Origin: Phoronis australis
Taxonomy: Eukaryota; Animalia; Phoronida
Direction of reading: 5' to 3'
Length of the DNA stretch: 64,000 bases
Assembly: GCA_002633005.1 (NCBI GenBank)
Contig: NMRA01000218.1
Location: 606,239 to 670,238, forward strand
This document shows positions 26,201 through 57,860 of this stretch, piece after piece (positions within the stretch are counted from its first letter, which is position 1; every line of letters begins with the position of its first letter). The notes beneath the pieces were generated by a model. It did no database searches and had not been told where the DNA came from. It saw only the letters and a list, made by a program, of their open reading frames with translations. Both the position numbers and the translations under genes were made by a program.

Positions 26201-29200
26201 TCAGCTGTTATCCGTTTCAACTGTATTTCGCAGCATTGGTCAGTCACCAACGTTCCCGCATGGATCAGCTCATGAGGGATATCAACGTGCTGCGGTCGAA
26301 AATAGCTCGCATAAAACAGGAAATAACTCACAAAGAGCACCAGTTGCTGGATAGAGGGAGGAGGCAGATGTCACAGCCTAAGGCTACTGCTTCTGTAGGT
26401 GGAGTCACAGAACAGGATTAACTGTTTAAAGCAGCTATAAACCTTGTCTCCAACACGAAAGCCAAGTTTTGACTTACGACCTTTTGCTGTTAAAAATCTG
26501 GGCAGAGTTCAGTATCACTAGGACCTCGCTAAAAAGCATAGTGCCGTGTATTTTAAATGAGAACACGTGATTTTGGCTAGATTTTAGCGAGGTCCTAGGG
26601 TTTGTCCCAGTGTCACATTTTTAATTAGTTAAATTAGAAGTTATTCCTGGTATTGAAAAGAACTGACATTTAGTATTGCTTGAGACCAGGCCCTACAAGG
26701 TGGCTTGTCACTGCGAGACAGTTTATGCACAGAGCATGGTCTCGACGAATAACAGGCTGTCTGTTTTTTGAAGACCCAGATATCATTTTTCATTGGAATA
26801 GTTGACACGTTAAAACCAGTTTTATGGCAGCGAGTGATCTAAATCAAAAGTTTGGTTCTGAGATGGAACGCAGGTTATGCTGTCCAACTTTGGGGAATGC
26901 TCGATATGCAATAATTATTATATTCTTGGAGGTTAAGGACAATATGAGGGCCTAGAATGGCCACAATTGGTGGCTGACTTCGAAACGTGTCTCAGAAATG
27001 GCCGATCAGAATCAAATGCAACTTTGCGATACTGTGCAAAAAAGCTGTTGAGAATTTTTGAACACGTTCCACTTTTGCACAAGGGACTGCCAAAAGATAG
27101 AATATAGCAATTTTGTGACAAAGACAGTTCAGAAGTTGCATTAAACAAAAACAAATAATAATATAGAAAACTGAAACAATGTAATCTAGATTTTGTATTG
27201 AGCATTTATATCAAAAGAAATGTGGGTATCTTATTTATATTTTTGTTTGAATGTATCTTTTTGGCTTAATTTTACTATTACGATATGTCACATTACTCCA
27301 TGGCAGAACAGTGTAAAGTCAAAAATCAGGATTTCTACTTTCAGAAAATGTACTATTACGGGGTTGAAATCAAAAGTTTTTTTTTGAATATTTGTCTAAA
27401 TGCACTGACCTGTTGATAAGGTTTCTGAAACATAAATTATCCAGCTACGTTTCAACCACGCAGTGAATAGTATGAAATTGGAGTTTTTTAAATGTTTAGG
27501 GCCGCTAATTGTTATATTTCCCGAATGAGATGAGGTTATTTAGGACCTTATTGACACCTCCGTACATTTAGGCTAATATCTACAAAACTATAGATTTGAG
27601 CTAAGAGTACATGTTTTTGAGAGTGGAATGCCCGTTGAATTTGATTTTTGACTTTTTAATAATCTGCAATTTGTTGGGTCATGTGACCATGAACATTATA
27701 TGGATAGCAAAACAACACTATCAATGACATGATCAAATTTTTTATTAATTTTCAAAGCGAGATATCAAAAACACGTTACTGTTTTCTAAAATGTCTTGAA
27801 GTGTTGTTTCTTGAAAACCATGAAAGTTGTATTTTTGATAGCCCCACATACACAAGTAGGACACTTTATATTACATAATTCCTAACAGCGTTCTGGAACA
27901 TAGTGCACAAAGCATAGTATCCGAAAGTTACAGTCAGGACACGTTGTGTCATTTCTTATAATTCTAAAGTTCCTTCTGCCATGGAAAAGTCACATCAATT
28001 TGTTACTAATTATTGTGCTTATTTTGAAACGACAATAGACGACCAAATTCATTCGCACACCAACTTGTTGCACTGCTGCGTTTTCTATCAATAGAATGTT
28101 TTGTAGACCATAGCTGAAACGCAGTCAAAAACAGCCGGTGCGAGTGGGGAAATACTAGAGGTAGCTAGGTCCACTTTTTCTGTCCGGATGTGTGTCTGCA
28201 ATCTAACAAAAGACTAGTCTGACTTGTTGAATTCACCCTCTTTTGGCAGTCATTCTAAAAATGGATTTCTATTGTAGGTGGAAGAGATGAAGAAACTAAG
28301 GGAGACCAACAGATCACTAGCAATAGACATACAGTACATGACTAGAGAAATTGACTTATATACCACTGGCCAGCGTAAGTTCATGTTTATCGTGTTGGTA
28401 ACGAGATGGTAATTGACTTATATACCACTTGCCAGAGTGTAAGTTCATGTTTGGTGTTTTTAATGAGATGGTAATTGACTTATATGCCACTGGACAGCAT
28501 AAGTTCACGCTTATGGTGTTTTTAATGAGATGGTAATTGACTTATATACCCCTGGCCAGCGTGTAAGTTCAAGTTTATGGTGATGGTAATATGATGAAGC
28601 TAAAAATGTTCTTTGGAAGCACGTGCAAATGTTTCAAGACTGCTTTCTTGTTGTAAAAGCAGTAGGTGTCTCAAACTTTACAATAATGTATTTAATGGAA
28701 CTCAACTGCCTGAGTTCATGGCTACTTTATTATATTCACAGCTTAGTTCATACGCAGTGTGCACTATTGTCACTACGCAGACCTTTATCCAGGATTTCAA
28801 AAATAGGGTGTCCAAAATGGGGTTCCCAATATTCCAGGGCGTCCATGATTCCGACGCGTAACCCCCCCACCCCCAGCAATCCCCCAAACACACAAATTTT
28901 TTTACCAAAAATTGCGTAGACCAAGGTTTTTACAATGCTATCAACCAAGTGTGAGCATGGCAACGATGTATATACAAAGTATTGTATATTTCTTCCTGCT
29001 TTGAAAAAAGAGCCACCACTGAGTCTTCATAGGCTTCCTAGTAATCATTACAATGTGTGTGTCCAAACTTGAAAGGTTCCTATTGATAGTGGACGTCCAA
29101 ATGATACATTCGGTGTCCTTGCCAGGGCATCCATATTAGTGCTAGGGTGTCCATTTAGATGCCGAGGACGTATGCTGCATAAAGGTCTGTCACTACGTTT

Positions 29201-32200
29201 TGGCTGGTAGGAAGACGTAGGCTTGAACTAAACAAAACCGACAGATATGCTCACAATGTGAAATAGTTTCGCAGGTTACAGAGAACTGGCAGTTCATTAT
29301 TCCTTAAAACCGTGGTAGGGTCAAACAATGTCAGGTGACAGGTCAAATTAGGAGCCTTGTCTAAAGCAATAAGGAACTGTTAGTTCTTTTGGAGCCCTGA
29401 AATCACAGTTTCACTGAGGAACAGTCTGAGACCAATTTCATAAAGGCATATGGTCTACATCAAAATATGTTTTTTTGTGGTAGAAGGTGGGTTTGTATCC
29501 ACTTGAAATTAATTTTTAACTGACATGAAGTTGTAAAAGTAAATTTTATACCTGTTTGGTGTTCGCTTCCATTTTGTCTAGTCTCCCAGTATTTTGCCAT
29601 GTGCTACCGTGTCTCCATGGAGAATGTCTGCCTTTACTCTCCCAGTATGTACCATGTACTACCGTGTCTCCATGGAGAATGTCTGCCTTTACTCTCCCAG
29701 TATGTACCATGTACTACCGTGTCTCCATGGAGAACTTCTGCCTTTACTCTTCCAGTACCTTTGGGGATCATTGACCCCACTGAGCAGGCAAACTTCTTTC
29801 GACACATGCTCAACACAGGACAGACTGGGCCAGTACCGCCGCCTTCAGTGCCGCCACCTTCAGGCAACCGCTCAGTTGGTAAGTAGACAACAAGTTTGTA
29901 CATAACACTGTCTAATTGCCCACGTCAAAGATTTTGTTGTAAACGGTGTGGCAAAGGTGCTTAGTCGAAAATGCAGGGTTTTTTTCACAAAAAATCATTG
30001 GTGAACCGTAGTGTGAAGTGAAGATGGAGCACATCTGTAGTGTATGAGTTGTTGGTCTGTCTCAACTAAAAGGACGCTAAACCCTGGTTTGGCCTAATAA
30101 CAGATACTAAACTCTGGTTTGGCCTAATAACATACTAAACCCTGGTTTGGCCTAATAACAGATACTAAACCCTGGCGTGCATTCAGTAGATGCTAGGATC
30201 TACGCTAGGACCTAGCTAAAACCTAGTCAAACTCACGTGTTCTCATTTAAAATGCACGGCAATATCTCACGTAATCTCGCGAAGTCTTGCTTTTTAGCGA
30301 GGTCCTAGCATTACTGAACGGGAGGCTGGTTTGGCCTAATAACAGATACTAAACCCTGGTTTGGCCTAATAACACATACTAAAAGGGACTTTACCATTCA
30401 GTTCCCCAAAACAAAGTAATGCTCCATAACCCACGACAACCCTCAAAAATTTGGAGGAAAATTTGAAAACTTCTTTCAAGGTCTGCTAAACAGGCAAGCG
30501 TGACGTATGCTTTTACCGAATTAAACAAGGCCATAATACCCATTTGTGAGATAGGGAGGACGAGTTTTTAGTGGATTCCTGTCTTTAACTTGCAAGATTG
30601 ACGCCAATGATGCATTAGCAGGTGACAAAACGAGGATTGGTGGAAATCATCAAAACGGGGTTTGGTATCCTTTTAATGATCTTCACCTGATATTCAGTCT
30701 TCCTTTCTCAGTAATTGCACAAAAGTCCTCACGAGTTCAACATTATTCTCGTACAAATTGTACTTGTTTTATAGCACACAACAATGTCTTTCTTACGCAC
30801 AATTTCTTTTTCTCATAAGCGACTTACGTCTTCATTCTGACAGGTCATTTGAATAAACACGTGATTGGAAAATTCTACCAACCCGTCTGTATGCCACCAG
30901 TGGGTGAGACGGGAAGAATACTTGAAGGAAAGAATTGCAGTGCTTGAAAAAAATGATCAAAGAGCAATCATAATCATGACAAAAGAACATGTGAGCAGAG
31001 ACGATTAGTTGCCTAATCATGCGTCGCTGCGTGTAAATATTTTTTTCATGTTTTCCCTTTGATGAGGAACATCTTACGCAGAATTGCAACTGATAGGGGT
31101 TCAAACAGGCTACTTACAGTGCAGCCTTGTGCTGGCATTGGTTCAGTAGTTTTATCAAGTTCATCTTCATCTAGTGTTTGAGCACTCCTGTTAACAGAAA
31201 GTCAGATGTCCCCAATACTTCCCTTATGAGAAATGGAATACAGTGTAGCCTACTTAATGTCATGCCCTGGGTTTCGACATAAATTATGATAATAAGCAAG
31301 ATGTTCCCATTAAATGGGTTTTGTACTGGCGACGGTCGTAACCACTCTGACAAGCTGATGGTGTTAAGTGGAGAGTCTTGAGGTAACACTGGTTAACGGG
31401 AAACGGCTGACTTTTGTTTGCCCCCGGCGCCGAGTTCGGATCAGGCAAATGAATGGAAGATGAATTAAACTGTTTTTTAGATGGAAAAGTGAAAGTATGC
31501 GTGCTAATTTGTGGGTTAGAATACGTTTTGCTGATTTTCAGTGACATTATAACAGCATGCGGGTTATTTTACATGGGTTTAATTATGGTAAATGGCACTT
31601 TTTGTCATTTCATAATCGGGTATGACATTAAGTGGGCTCCACTGTTACAGTACCTCAAAAATACTTCCCTTGAAGCTCATTTGAGCCTGTTCTTCAGCTG
31701 TTGATCGAGATTGTCATTTCAGATCCACCGCCTGTTCCGCCTCGGGTACCCCTTAGGCCGCCTCATAGACCTCCACCGCCGCCACCCCCACCCCCGCCGG
31801 CTGAGGACGAAGGCCGAGAGTGGAGCTGTTCCTATTGCACTTTCATCAATCACCCCGATTTAGACAAGTGTGAAATTTGTGAAATGCCCAAACACACAGG
31901 TGAGAGTCCGAAGGTGGCATGCCATCGTGTTGTCAGTCACCATGTGCTTGGGATACGGAACCCTGCTTCATCATTTTGCACAATGCTGGTTCTCTCGTCT
32001 AATGATGTTTTAGTGAGAAGTTTTGATAGATGATAACATTGTTAAGCTAAAACACTTCCACACTCTTTTACGAAGTGGATGCCACAGTTCGAGCTGGCTA
32101 GACTTCTTACACAGCTGTCTTTTGTCTAAATAGTGGTCACATATTTGGATGAAGCAAGGTTTATTGCTTCAAAGATTAAGTGAGCTAGTCCTTGGTAATA

Positions 32201-33844
32201 CGTGCAAATAGGTTAAAACAGAGCTAACCGTTCTATGTGCTCATGTGTGGGTGCATTTTGCTGTTATCTGTGTCTGGCATACTGTGTCCAGCGTCCATCT
32301 CAGTCTCACAACCCCTTGGATGGATCTTTGTGAAACAGAAATGTCGGCCACGGGGAAAACGACAAGTGCCTAATTTCGGATCCATCTTACTACTACTACT
32401 GCTATGCTCCGTAGTTGCAGTTTTTTGTGTCAGCCTATGTATCAACTATTTTTCTGTTAAAAAGTATTCAGATTTGCTCACGTGTGTCGTAAATTTTTCA
32501 TGCCCTAAATCATGAGAAATTACCTATGAGTGAACACTTGTTAAACTATGATCCATAAATTATTGACAAATAAGAACTTGTTCAAATTAGAGATGGGTAG
32601 AGATGTTGAGATTGTTCAATCTGTTTTGCAACATTGATTGGTGCCAGCCTGTTCTCACCATGAATACAAATGTTGTCTAAATTCATCTATTATAATGGAC
32701 AAGGGAGGCCTTGTTCAATACTAGACATGCCAAAAGGGGGTAGTGAAGGTAGTTGAATCCAGCAGAAATGGATTGGTGCTGGCACTTCCTCTCTTGTCAA
32801 CTTTTTTAATTGGACATGGAAGATCTCGTAGAAAGTTTGCATTGACCAATAAGGGCACTACAGGTTTGTTGTTAAATCAGTTGCTAATTTCAACTTGTGT
32901 TGTCCCTTCCCTTCTGTCTTATTCTGTATCAAGTTTCACTGAGGTCTGCCGAGTGACTTTAGAAATTATGTGTAGACTCGCAAAAGTGGCGATGGGTGGA
33001 CAAACAGACAGACAGGAAGCTGACTACGTGTTCACACAAAAATTTTGGTGAACGCGTGAAAACCTTAAATGATGCTTTAATTTCTGAAGCTTGAGGACAA
33101 AATACATCAAAGTGGCACGCCTGACGTTTAGCAAACTTGAGAAATATCTTGTGTTGTGTCTAAACTTCAGTTGAGCTATCCTATGTTCTGTTGTTTTGCT
33201 CTGTCTCTGCAGATCAATGTTTTTCCTAGTATGTAAGGTAGTTCACTATTCATAATAATTCTGATTCTTGACTCCCGTGGTCTTCAACTTCCATGTCCAT
33301 TACTGACATCAGTACAGGTTTACATAAATTTACAGTTGCTCGCTATGAGTGAACTGGTGTCAGGACGTTGAGGTACTCCCTGGCTATATGAAGTGTATTA
33401 ACATCAGTACAGTTACGTAATCATTATCACGTATAACTGTACTGGATTCAGTGCTATGTCTAGTGTCTTTGTTTAGATGTTCTGAGGTCACTACTGTTTC
33501 ATGGACGTCTGTGCCTTTCAGCTCCCGTAGGTCCCCCTGTTGCCAGTAGACCACCAGCTGGCCCGGCGCGACCATTGTCTGCTCCAGGGACCAGTACACC
33601 AAGTTACACTCCACCTGTTGGCTTGTCATCGTATCTACAGTTGCCACCGGGCTACTCCTACCCGCCCGTCGCGCGCTCTACGTCACATCCTGCCCCCTCG
33701 TACACTGTAACCAACCCGTCTGGTCACATGGTGGATGGGTCTGTTGGGTACCAGCCTACAGAGAGGTTGAACCCCGCCCCACCAGTCGGGCGAATGTTGT
33801 GCACAAGGACTGAGTCGGGAGAGTGGGAGCTGGTCAACCCCTAG
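23236..33844 (+). CDS. TAB2: TAK1-binding protein TAB2/TAB3-like adaptor, spliced, ~617 aa
   Basis: Exons 23236-23346, 24617-25478, 26234-26394, 28278-28374, 29756-29878, 31723-31899 and 33522-33844, with consistent phases. N-terminal CUE ([35 protein letters not shown]), coiled coil ([16 protein letters not shown]; [28 protein letters not shown]) and NZF finger ([24 protein letters not shown]). The last exon is less certain than the others. Confidence 0.9.
23347..23857. repeat. Minisatellite, ~55-62-bp unit x~9, starting at a splice donor
   Basis: Units of (GGTAT)n AGATTAGACATGTAAATTAGAATCCATGGTGTTTTCCCCTCGTGTGAAT. The first GT is the donor of the first TAB2 coding exon. Confidence 0.95.
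26501..26599. mobile_element. Partial, inverted copy of the short MITE family also at 30174 and 60161
   Basis: Shares CTAGGACCTCGCTAAAA, TTTTAAATGAGAACACGTGA and TTTTAGCGAGGTCCTAG. Confidence 0.65.
28349..28590. repeat. ~62-bp tandem repeat x4 made of the last ~26 nt of a TAB2 exon plus its donor
   Basis: AATTGACTTATATACCACTGGCCAGC|GTAAGTTCA recurs near 28349, 28411, 28473 and 28535. Confidence 0.9.
28778..29189. mobile_element. hAT-type MITE, 412 bp
   Basis: TIR CAGACCTTTAT/ATAAAGGTCTG with a perfect 8-bp TSD TCACTACG (28770-77, 29190-97). Confidence 0.9.
29583..29757. repeat. 55-bp tandem repeat x3 containing a splice acceptor
   Basis: The unit ends CCTTTACTCTCCCAG|TA. The last copy supplies the in-frame TAB2 acceptor at 29755. 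Confidence 0.92.
30075..30383. repeat. ~27-29-bp tandem repeat interrupted by a ~150-bp MITE (30174-30327)
   Basis: TACTAAACCCTGGTTTGGCCTAATAACA units. The insert (TTCAGTA...CTAGGACC...GGTCCTAG...TACTGAA) also occurs at 60161-60277. Confidence 0.8.
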
Positions 33845-36800
33845 GTACTGTCTCCTGAGTCGTGCTGGGCTAGCTTGGTGATGAACTAACCAGTGTTGTG
33901 TGAAACAGCACTGAAGTCGGCTGTTGCTTTTGACTGTTGCATGCTTCTATGTAGCGTCTTTAGCTGCCATTGGTAAATGCGCCAGTTATGGCTGTAGATC
34001 ATTTGATTGTTCAACATTGGCTCATTGGAAATATGAACGCAGTGAGGTATCTCTGGTCCAATGGTCACTTCAATGTATTTGCACTGGCTGTCAGCTGCAT
34101 GAACTTATGACTAACCACCTGCTCAAGGGTTCATCTCCTACTCTTTTCTCAATCAGTCCCATGCTAGTGTTTTGCCACCATTGTCCATCACAGGTGATCA
34201 GTTTGCCTCTTCATTCTTTTGTGTTGGGTGTGTGTCTGAGTTATTGTGTTTAATTTCTTGTTAATTAATGCGGACTAGTTGTCATGTCCTTTCAGTATGA
34301 TCGGAAATTGATATTTTTGTCTCACTTCCTGTATTGAATTTCAGAGTCCTTTTGCGTGGTGTGACTTTAAAGTTTAATTCGATCATTTTTGAGTAAATTA
34401 AAAAATCATTCATCTTGTTTTTGGTTGTCAAAACAAAATTTTTCTGCTCGCAATTTAAACACGCAAGGAGTTCTCTGTAATTGATGCAGCTGTAAACAAA
34501 CATGTGATTCAGACCACCTACCTCTGTGAAACTGATCTTAACTCGTCTTTTCCTTTGACGCGGAGTGATATCTGGGCTTGGAAAGATCTGGTAGATTGTT
34601 ATCGCTTGTGACCACGGTCGGCGCATGCATAGACTCTGTGACAAGCCAACATATTTAACTTGTTCTCTAGCAATAACTGAATGTCAATTGTTCTCAAATA
34701 AAAGTATGGAACAAGGCTGCACCTGTTTTATAGTAGTTAATGGTGTAGGTCAAGGTCAAACTGTATTTTGTGGAGAGGAGTACGCTTTGAAGTAACTTTA
34801 GGTGTGAACTGGAATGTGAAGTGTGCCAAAGCATAGGTCGTTGCAGTCATGTTACTGCAGCTTGACAGTGCGTTTTTATTTTTTTCTTAAGCTCCTGGCA
34901 GCGGGCATGCTAGTAACATCCTTTACTCTGTTTCCATGTGAAGCACCATATAGAAACTTCTGTTTTGTGATAGACATCGCTTGCTAATGTGCTCTTTTTT
35001 GTACATGGCTCGATTGGTCATATCCAACCCCAATTTCTTGATCTGATGGAAACCCAGTGTTCATAGGCTATTGGCAGTGTGTGTTCTGCTAAATTTTGTT
35101 GCTCCTATCTGGGTGATGCCTGTGAAATGAGGGTCTTATTCAGAGAAATTATGCCCTTGTGTATTGAATGCCCCCATGCTAACAAACTGCATTGTGCGCT
35201 CTTTGTATTCGGGTGTGTTAAGTGGAACTTGCACTCTAATTCCGTATTTCTACTTGGTTAAATTAGTCAGAAACCCACCTTATAGCAACGATGTGAATAT
35301 GAAGTATGTAGAAAATTTCCAAACGTTTTTAAGAACGAGTTTTGTGTCAAAAATGACCTGGCGTAAATCGCTCAACTGTGTCCATTAAGTATCTTGAGGT
35401 GGTGTTGGGGAATAACACTGCATGATGCGGGCTCCGTGAGCCCCCAAGGTACGTCATTACTGCAAAGGTCACCTATTTGTAGAATTTTTTGTCGCCACAT
35501 TTACTGGTTGTCAATGAATACATCTGCACTTCGTTTAGCGTTGATGATGTTCATATAGCATAGTCATGTACTTCCTGCTACATGTATACATTAGCATACT
35601 TAGAAGCATGCAAATACATCTTTATTAGCATCATGTGGTGAATATCTGTAATTTACGGTACTTGGGTTTCTGTAAATGTTCCTCCTGCTTTTTTAGGTCG
35701 GTAGTCCAGTATGTCGTTCGTATGAAGATTGACACCATGAGGGGAACGCGTTACGGTGACGTGCTAATTGAGCGAGAGATTACGGGACTCCACAGTGGTT
35801 GTTCCGCAGTGGGAGTTCTGCAGTGACACTCATTGAAGAGTTTGTTTGTTCTGAATATCATGAGTGTGTGTTTGAAATGTCATAGAGCTAGATTGGTCAC
35901 ATATTACTATGCTGTTATAGTCTCGTTGAAGGGCTATTGTGCAATTGTTTTAGATGATATTGCAAGGTCAATGTTTTCAGTCAAGTCCTGGAGGCATACC
36001 TTTAACAGAGACAGGCTTGTATTCTATGGACTGAAAAAACACATCTTTGTGATTGAAGACAGGTTTTGGCAATATTAAAGCTGCGTTTTGCTGCGTTATG
36101 TTGGCTGAAAAGCAAAAAATCGAATCGGGCTTAAATTCCTAAAATCGGTCGCGTTATATTACTTTCTATGATAGCATTCTGTTTTGGTTTTACAAAAGAA
36201 GCGAAACTGTCAGCAAGAGTTTATTGTGAATTCGAAAATGCACACATTACCTGTGACTAAGTGCTGGCTCCTTCGGCAACAAACTGAAGACCAGATGAGT
36301 GAAGTAATGTTTCCCTAAGTGCTTTGGTCAGGAATTTATCATCGACAGCATAACAACTCCAAAATGCCTCTAACTTCAAACTGGCGGAACTTATTAAAAT
36401 GAATTGAGATTTCCCAGCAGTTCTGGATGCCATTGGTAAATGGGAGAGCTTATTAAATTTTCATGATAGTATTAGTAGAAAAGGTATGAGTGCATCTGTG
36501 CTTAGAAATAATGTTATTATGACAGTATGAATTCAATGTTGAGTGTTTCTTTGAGGTTATGAACCACGGGTGTATTGTATTGTATTGTAAGAAAAATAAC
36601 ACTGATTTAATCAATAATGAACTATGCTTTAAAAACAGTAGGTTTATTGAGATTTTCCTTCAATGTGAAAATTCGTTATTTTTATTCTAGTTACCGAAGC
36701 CATTCAGTTATCCTTGTAAACACAAACTCTCCAGTGAAGGAGATAATTTTCTCTATAGTTAGTTTGCATCCATTGTGCTTTTAGACATTGCTATGGTCAG

Positions 36801-38600
36801 TGGCTTTTTACTGTCGGAAATTTCAGCTGGGACTTGGACTAGATTTAATGTGGATGAAAAAAATATTTGTGCCAACTAAAGCAAAAGATGATGTGATAGA
36901 CATTTGTATTCGATGATATAATACTTCTCCTATTCTGTTATGAGTATGAGGAATAACGTGACAAAAATGCAAATATACACATAATTATGCTATCTGTGGT
37001 CCACAGTGTTAAGAAATAATTGACATAAACAGTCAAATTGTAGTTCAACATCCATTGATTTACAAATAGTTAAAAATGTTACGTACAATTTTGTGAATTC
37101 ATCGGTAACAATTTAGATGTGGTCTATGCAGCTCGGAGGGCTGAGTGGCCATTTTCATGGAACAGTCACCATTAAGGACTTGGCTATATTCCTTAACTTT
37201 TCACTGCAGTAGTGGACTTGTGCTAGCACTGCTTGAACTTTCTGTTAGTTGTCTTCAGTCTTCATTATTATGTCAATTTTCAGCTTTGATTCATACTGAG
37301 AGTAAACTCGGCAGAATTTTTAATGGTATTAGAAATGTATAGGGTGCTGTAATATCCCTAATTTAAGGACTAGTCTTGGACTATTGTCTTAAAAACAAGG
37401 GCTCGGTTTTCAGATTCATTGTTATAAAATAACATAGTAAAAGAGGAGCTTGTAATAAAGATCAAGTGATGGGGAAGTACGTCATTAGTGAGTAAACGGA
37501 CACGAATGCGTCGGAGATTTAGGGAACATAGCCGAGTCTTGATATTGGTCCATTTCATGTAACCGGGTACAGAACACTTTGCCTTCGTGTTTCTGTTACA
37601 GTATGACCAATATGCAGCGCACCCTATGTCTGTTTTATGAAAGTGACATGAGACTCAACGCAGAAATTTGGTCTTGCGCTTCCATTTCACATTTCCTTAA
37701 CAAAAGTAATTATGTGCGGTTCACACTGTTGAAATAGTTTGTGGAGATACCAGCAGTTATGTGTATATTCTGATGGACTGCCCTTTTGCTCAAGTGAGAT
37801 ATAATTATTTTTCAAAAATAGTCGAGTGGAGTGTAAAACCAAGTTTCTGAGTTGAGTCTTGCATTACTTTTCAGTAGCTTCGCAATGTGTTGCATTTATG
37901 TCTTGTGTTACAGGGTGTTCCAAAAAGGGGGACCTGACTTTAAATTGCTACGTCTCTGCAACCACCAACTGCTATCTCGGCTGTGTCTGTGCAGCGGGTG
38001 GGAAGCATGTTTGGCATTTATTAAGTGTCTTGTTGTGCACACTTGTTAACTCATTAAGCCCTATGCACTGTTTTGTGTTACCTGTTCCAGCCTATAAACG
38101 CACTCATTTTAAGTCGGGTCAGTCTTTTTGAAAGTCGTTTACAACATGTATTTATTGCTAGCTTGACTGGTACTCGCACGTTATTAATCATGGCTTTGTA
38201 ATTATATTGTCTGAATGTTCTATTGCCAATTGAATGGAAGAGGATCTTTTATATATCGATAAATACATTCTGCTGAATTATTTTCATGGCAAGTTTTTCT
38301 GTTCAAGAAAGCAGGCAGTAGCAAATCATACAGTTAGTTTTAATGGTCTATTTAATTAAGCATACTGCACTAATTAACAAATATCACTTTTTGTTCACTC
38401 CGTAATAAACAGTTGTCTAGTAAAAACAACTAATATTGCTGACGTGTCAATCAAAATTAATTACAGCCAATCGGGGCTCAGGAAAATGTAAACATCACGA
38501 TTGTACATCTTGTGGCACGAGCATACCAATCACTATTGGTCACCATTAAAGTTTGCACTTTCTAATCGTGTGACAAAGTTACCAATTGTGCTTCAGATAA

Positions 38601-38810
38601 CAAGGCTTGGAATGACCAATGACAAAAAAGATATTTTCCAGGTGATGTATCGTTGCACAAATTTGCTAGAGTGAAATAAATTTATTGTGTAGTAAAATTC
38701 AACTGAAATAAAGGTTTTTGGCTGCATGAATAAAGTCAGATTAAAAAGAGACGAGAAAAGCAGGAACTAGAAATCAAATTGAAGGAAATCAAAGCCAAAG
38801 AAAGGGAAAC
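38601..38810. mobile_element. Degenerate short element homologous to 50090-50332
   Basis: Shared start CA(A/G)GGCTTGGAATGAC.AATGACAAAAA followed by TTCCAGGTGATGTA. Confidence 0.65.
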
Positions 38811-39432
38811 CTCTTTACAAGATTATAACATCATCTACAAATTTTGCCACCAATCAGTTTGAATCAATCCATACACGAATGTGCCTTAGTAGTAGATGAG
38901 CGAGTCTCGGAGGATGCAGTGCTGTAACTGTTCGTTTTTCCCTAGGGCTCTCGGTGGTAGTGTGGCCCCTTGCTGATAACAGTTTCTACGATACATTGAG
39001 AATGATGAAAAGAATCTGTAGATGTATGCAGGAACATTAGCATTGGGCTTGTGGTACTTTGCAATGACGTTTGGGTGACCAGAGTTTTGTCAGTAATTCC
39101 ATTGGTAGCCAGGTTTGTGTTTCAAAAAGGATACATAAATGTGGTATAAAATAATTTTAAGTCCATTTATAAAACCACTTGCCAAAACATTTATTGACAA
39201 ATAGATAAGGCATGTTTGGTAAGTATACTATATTAATGTCTAAACAAATCAAATTAATATCTACAAAGTACAAGACATATAAATTGACAGTCTCTCAATA
39301 CTCTCGTCCACATTAAGCACAGAAAGTACACTTCACAACTCAGATGACCTCTGGTGGATTCGTTTTTGCGCATGTCAGTTTGTATTGTTCCCAGCACACC
39401 AGTGGCTTGACACATGAAGAGTTAGTCCGAAC

Positions 39433-57693
<18,261 letters not shown>

Positions 57694-57719
57694 TTTTGTT
57701 GAACTACAACAGATTTACC

Positions 57720-57860
57720 GGTAAAATGGACGAACAAAGGCACATGCGCAGAACAAAAACCCGCCAAACATATTTGTTATAAACAACAGATGGCGCACTG
57801 CTGCTGTTGACCGCGACATCTTTTGAGCGCATATGATTGCGCTCCTCGCGTGTCCGCAGG
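57720..57860 (-). promoter_or_regulatory. Probable RBBP4 proximal promoter
   Basis: CpG-enriched stretch directly upstream of the ATG exon with E2F-like TTTGGCGGG (57761-69, minus strand), NRF1-like CATGCGCA and YY1-like AGATGGCG motifs. Confidence 0.5.
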
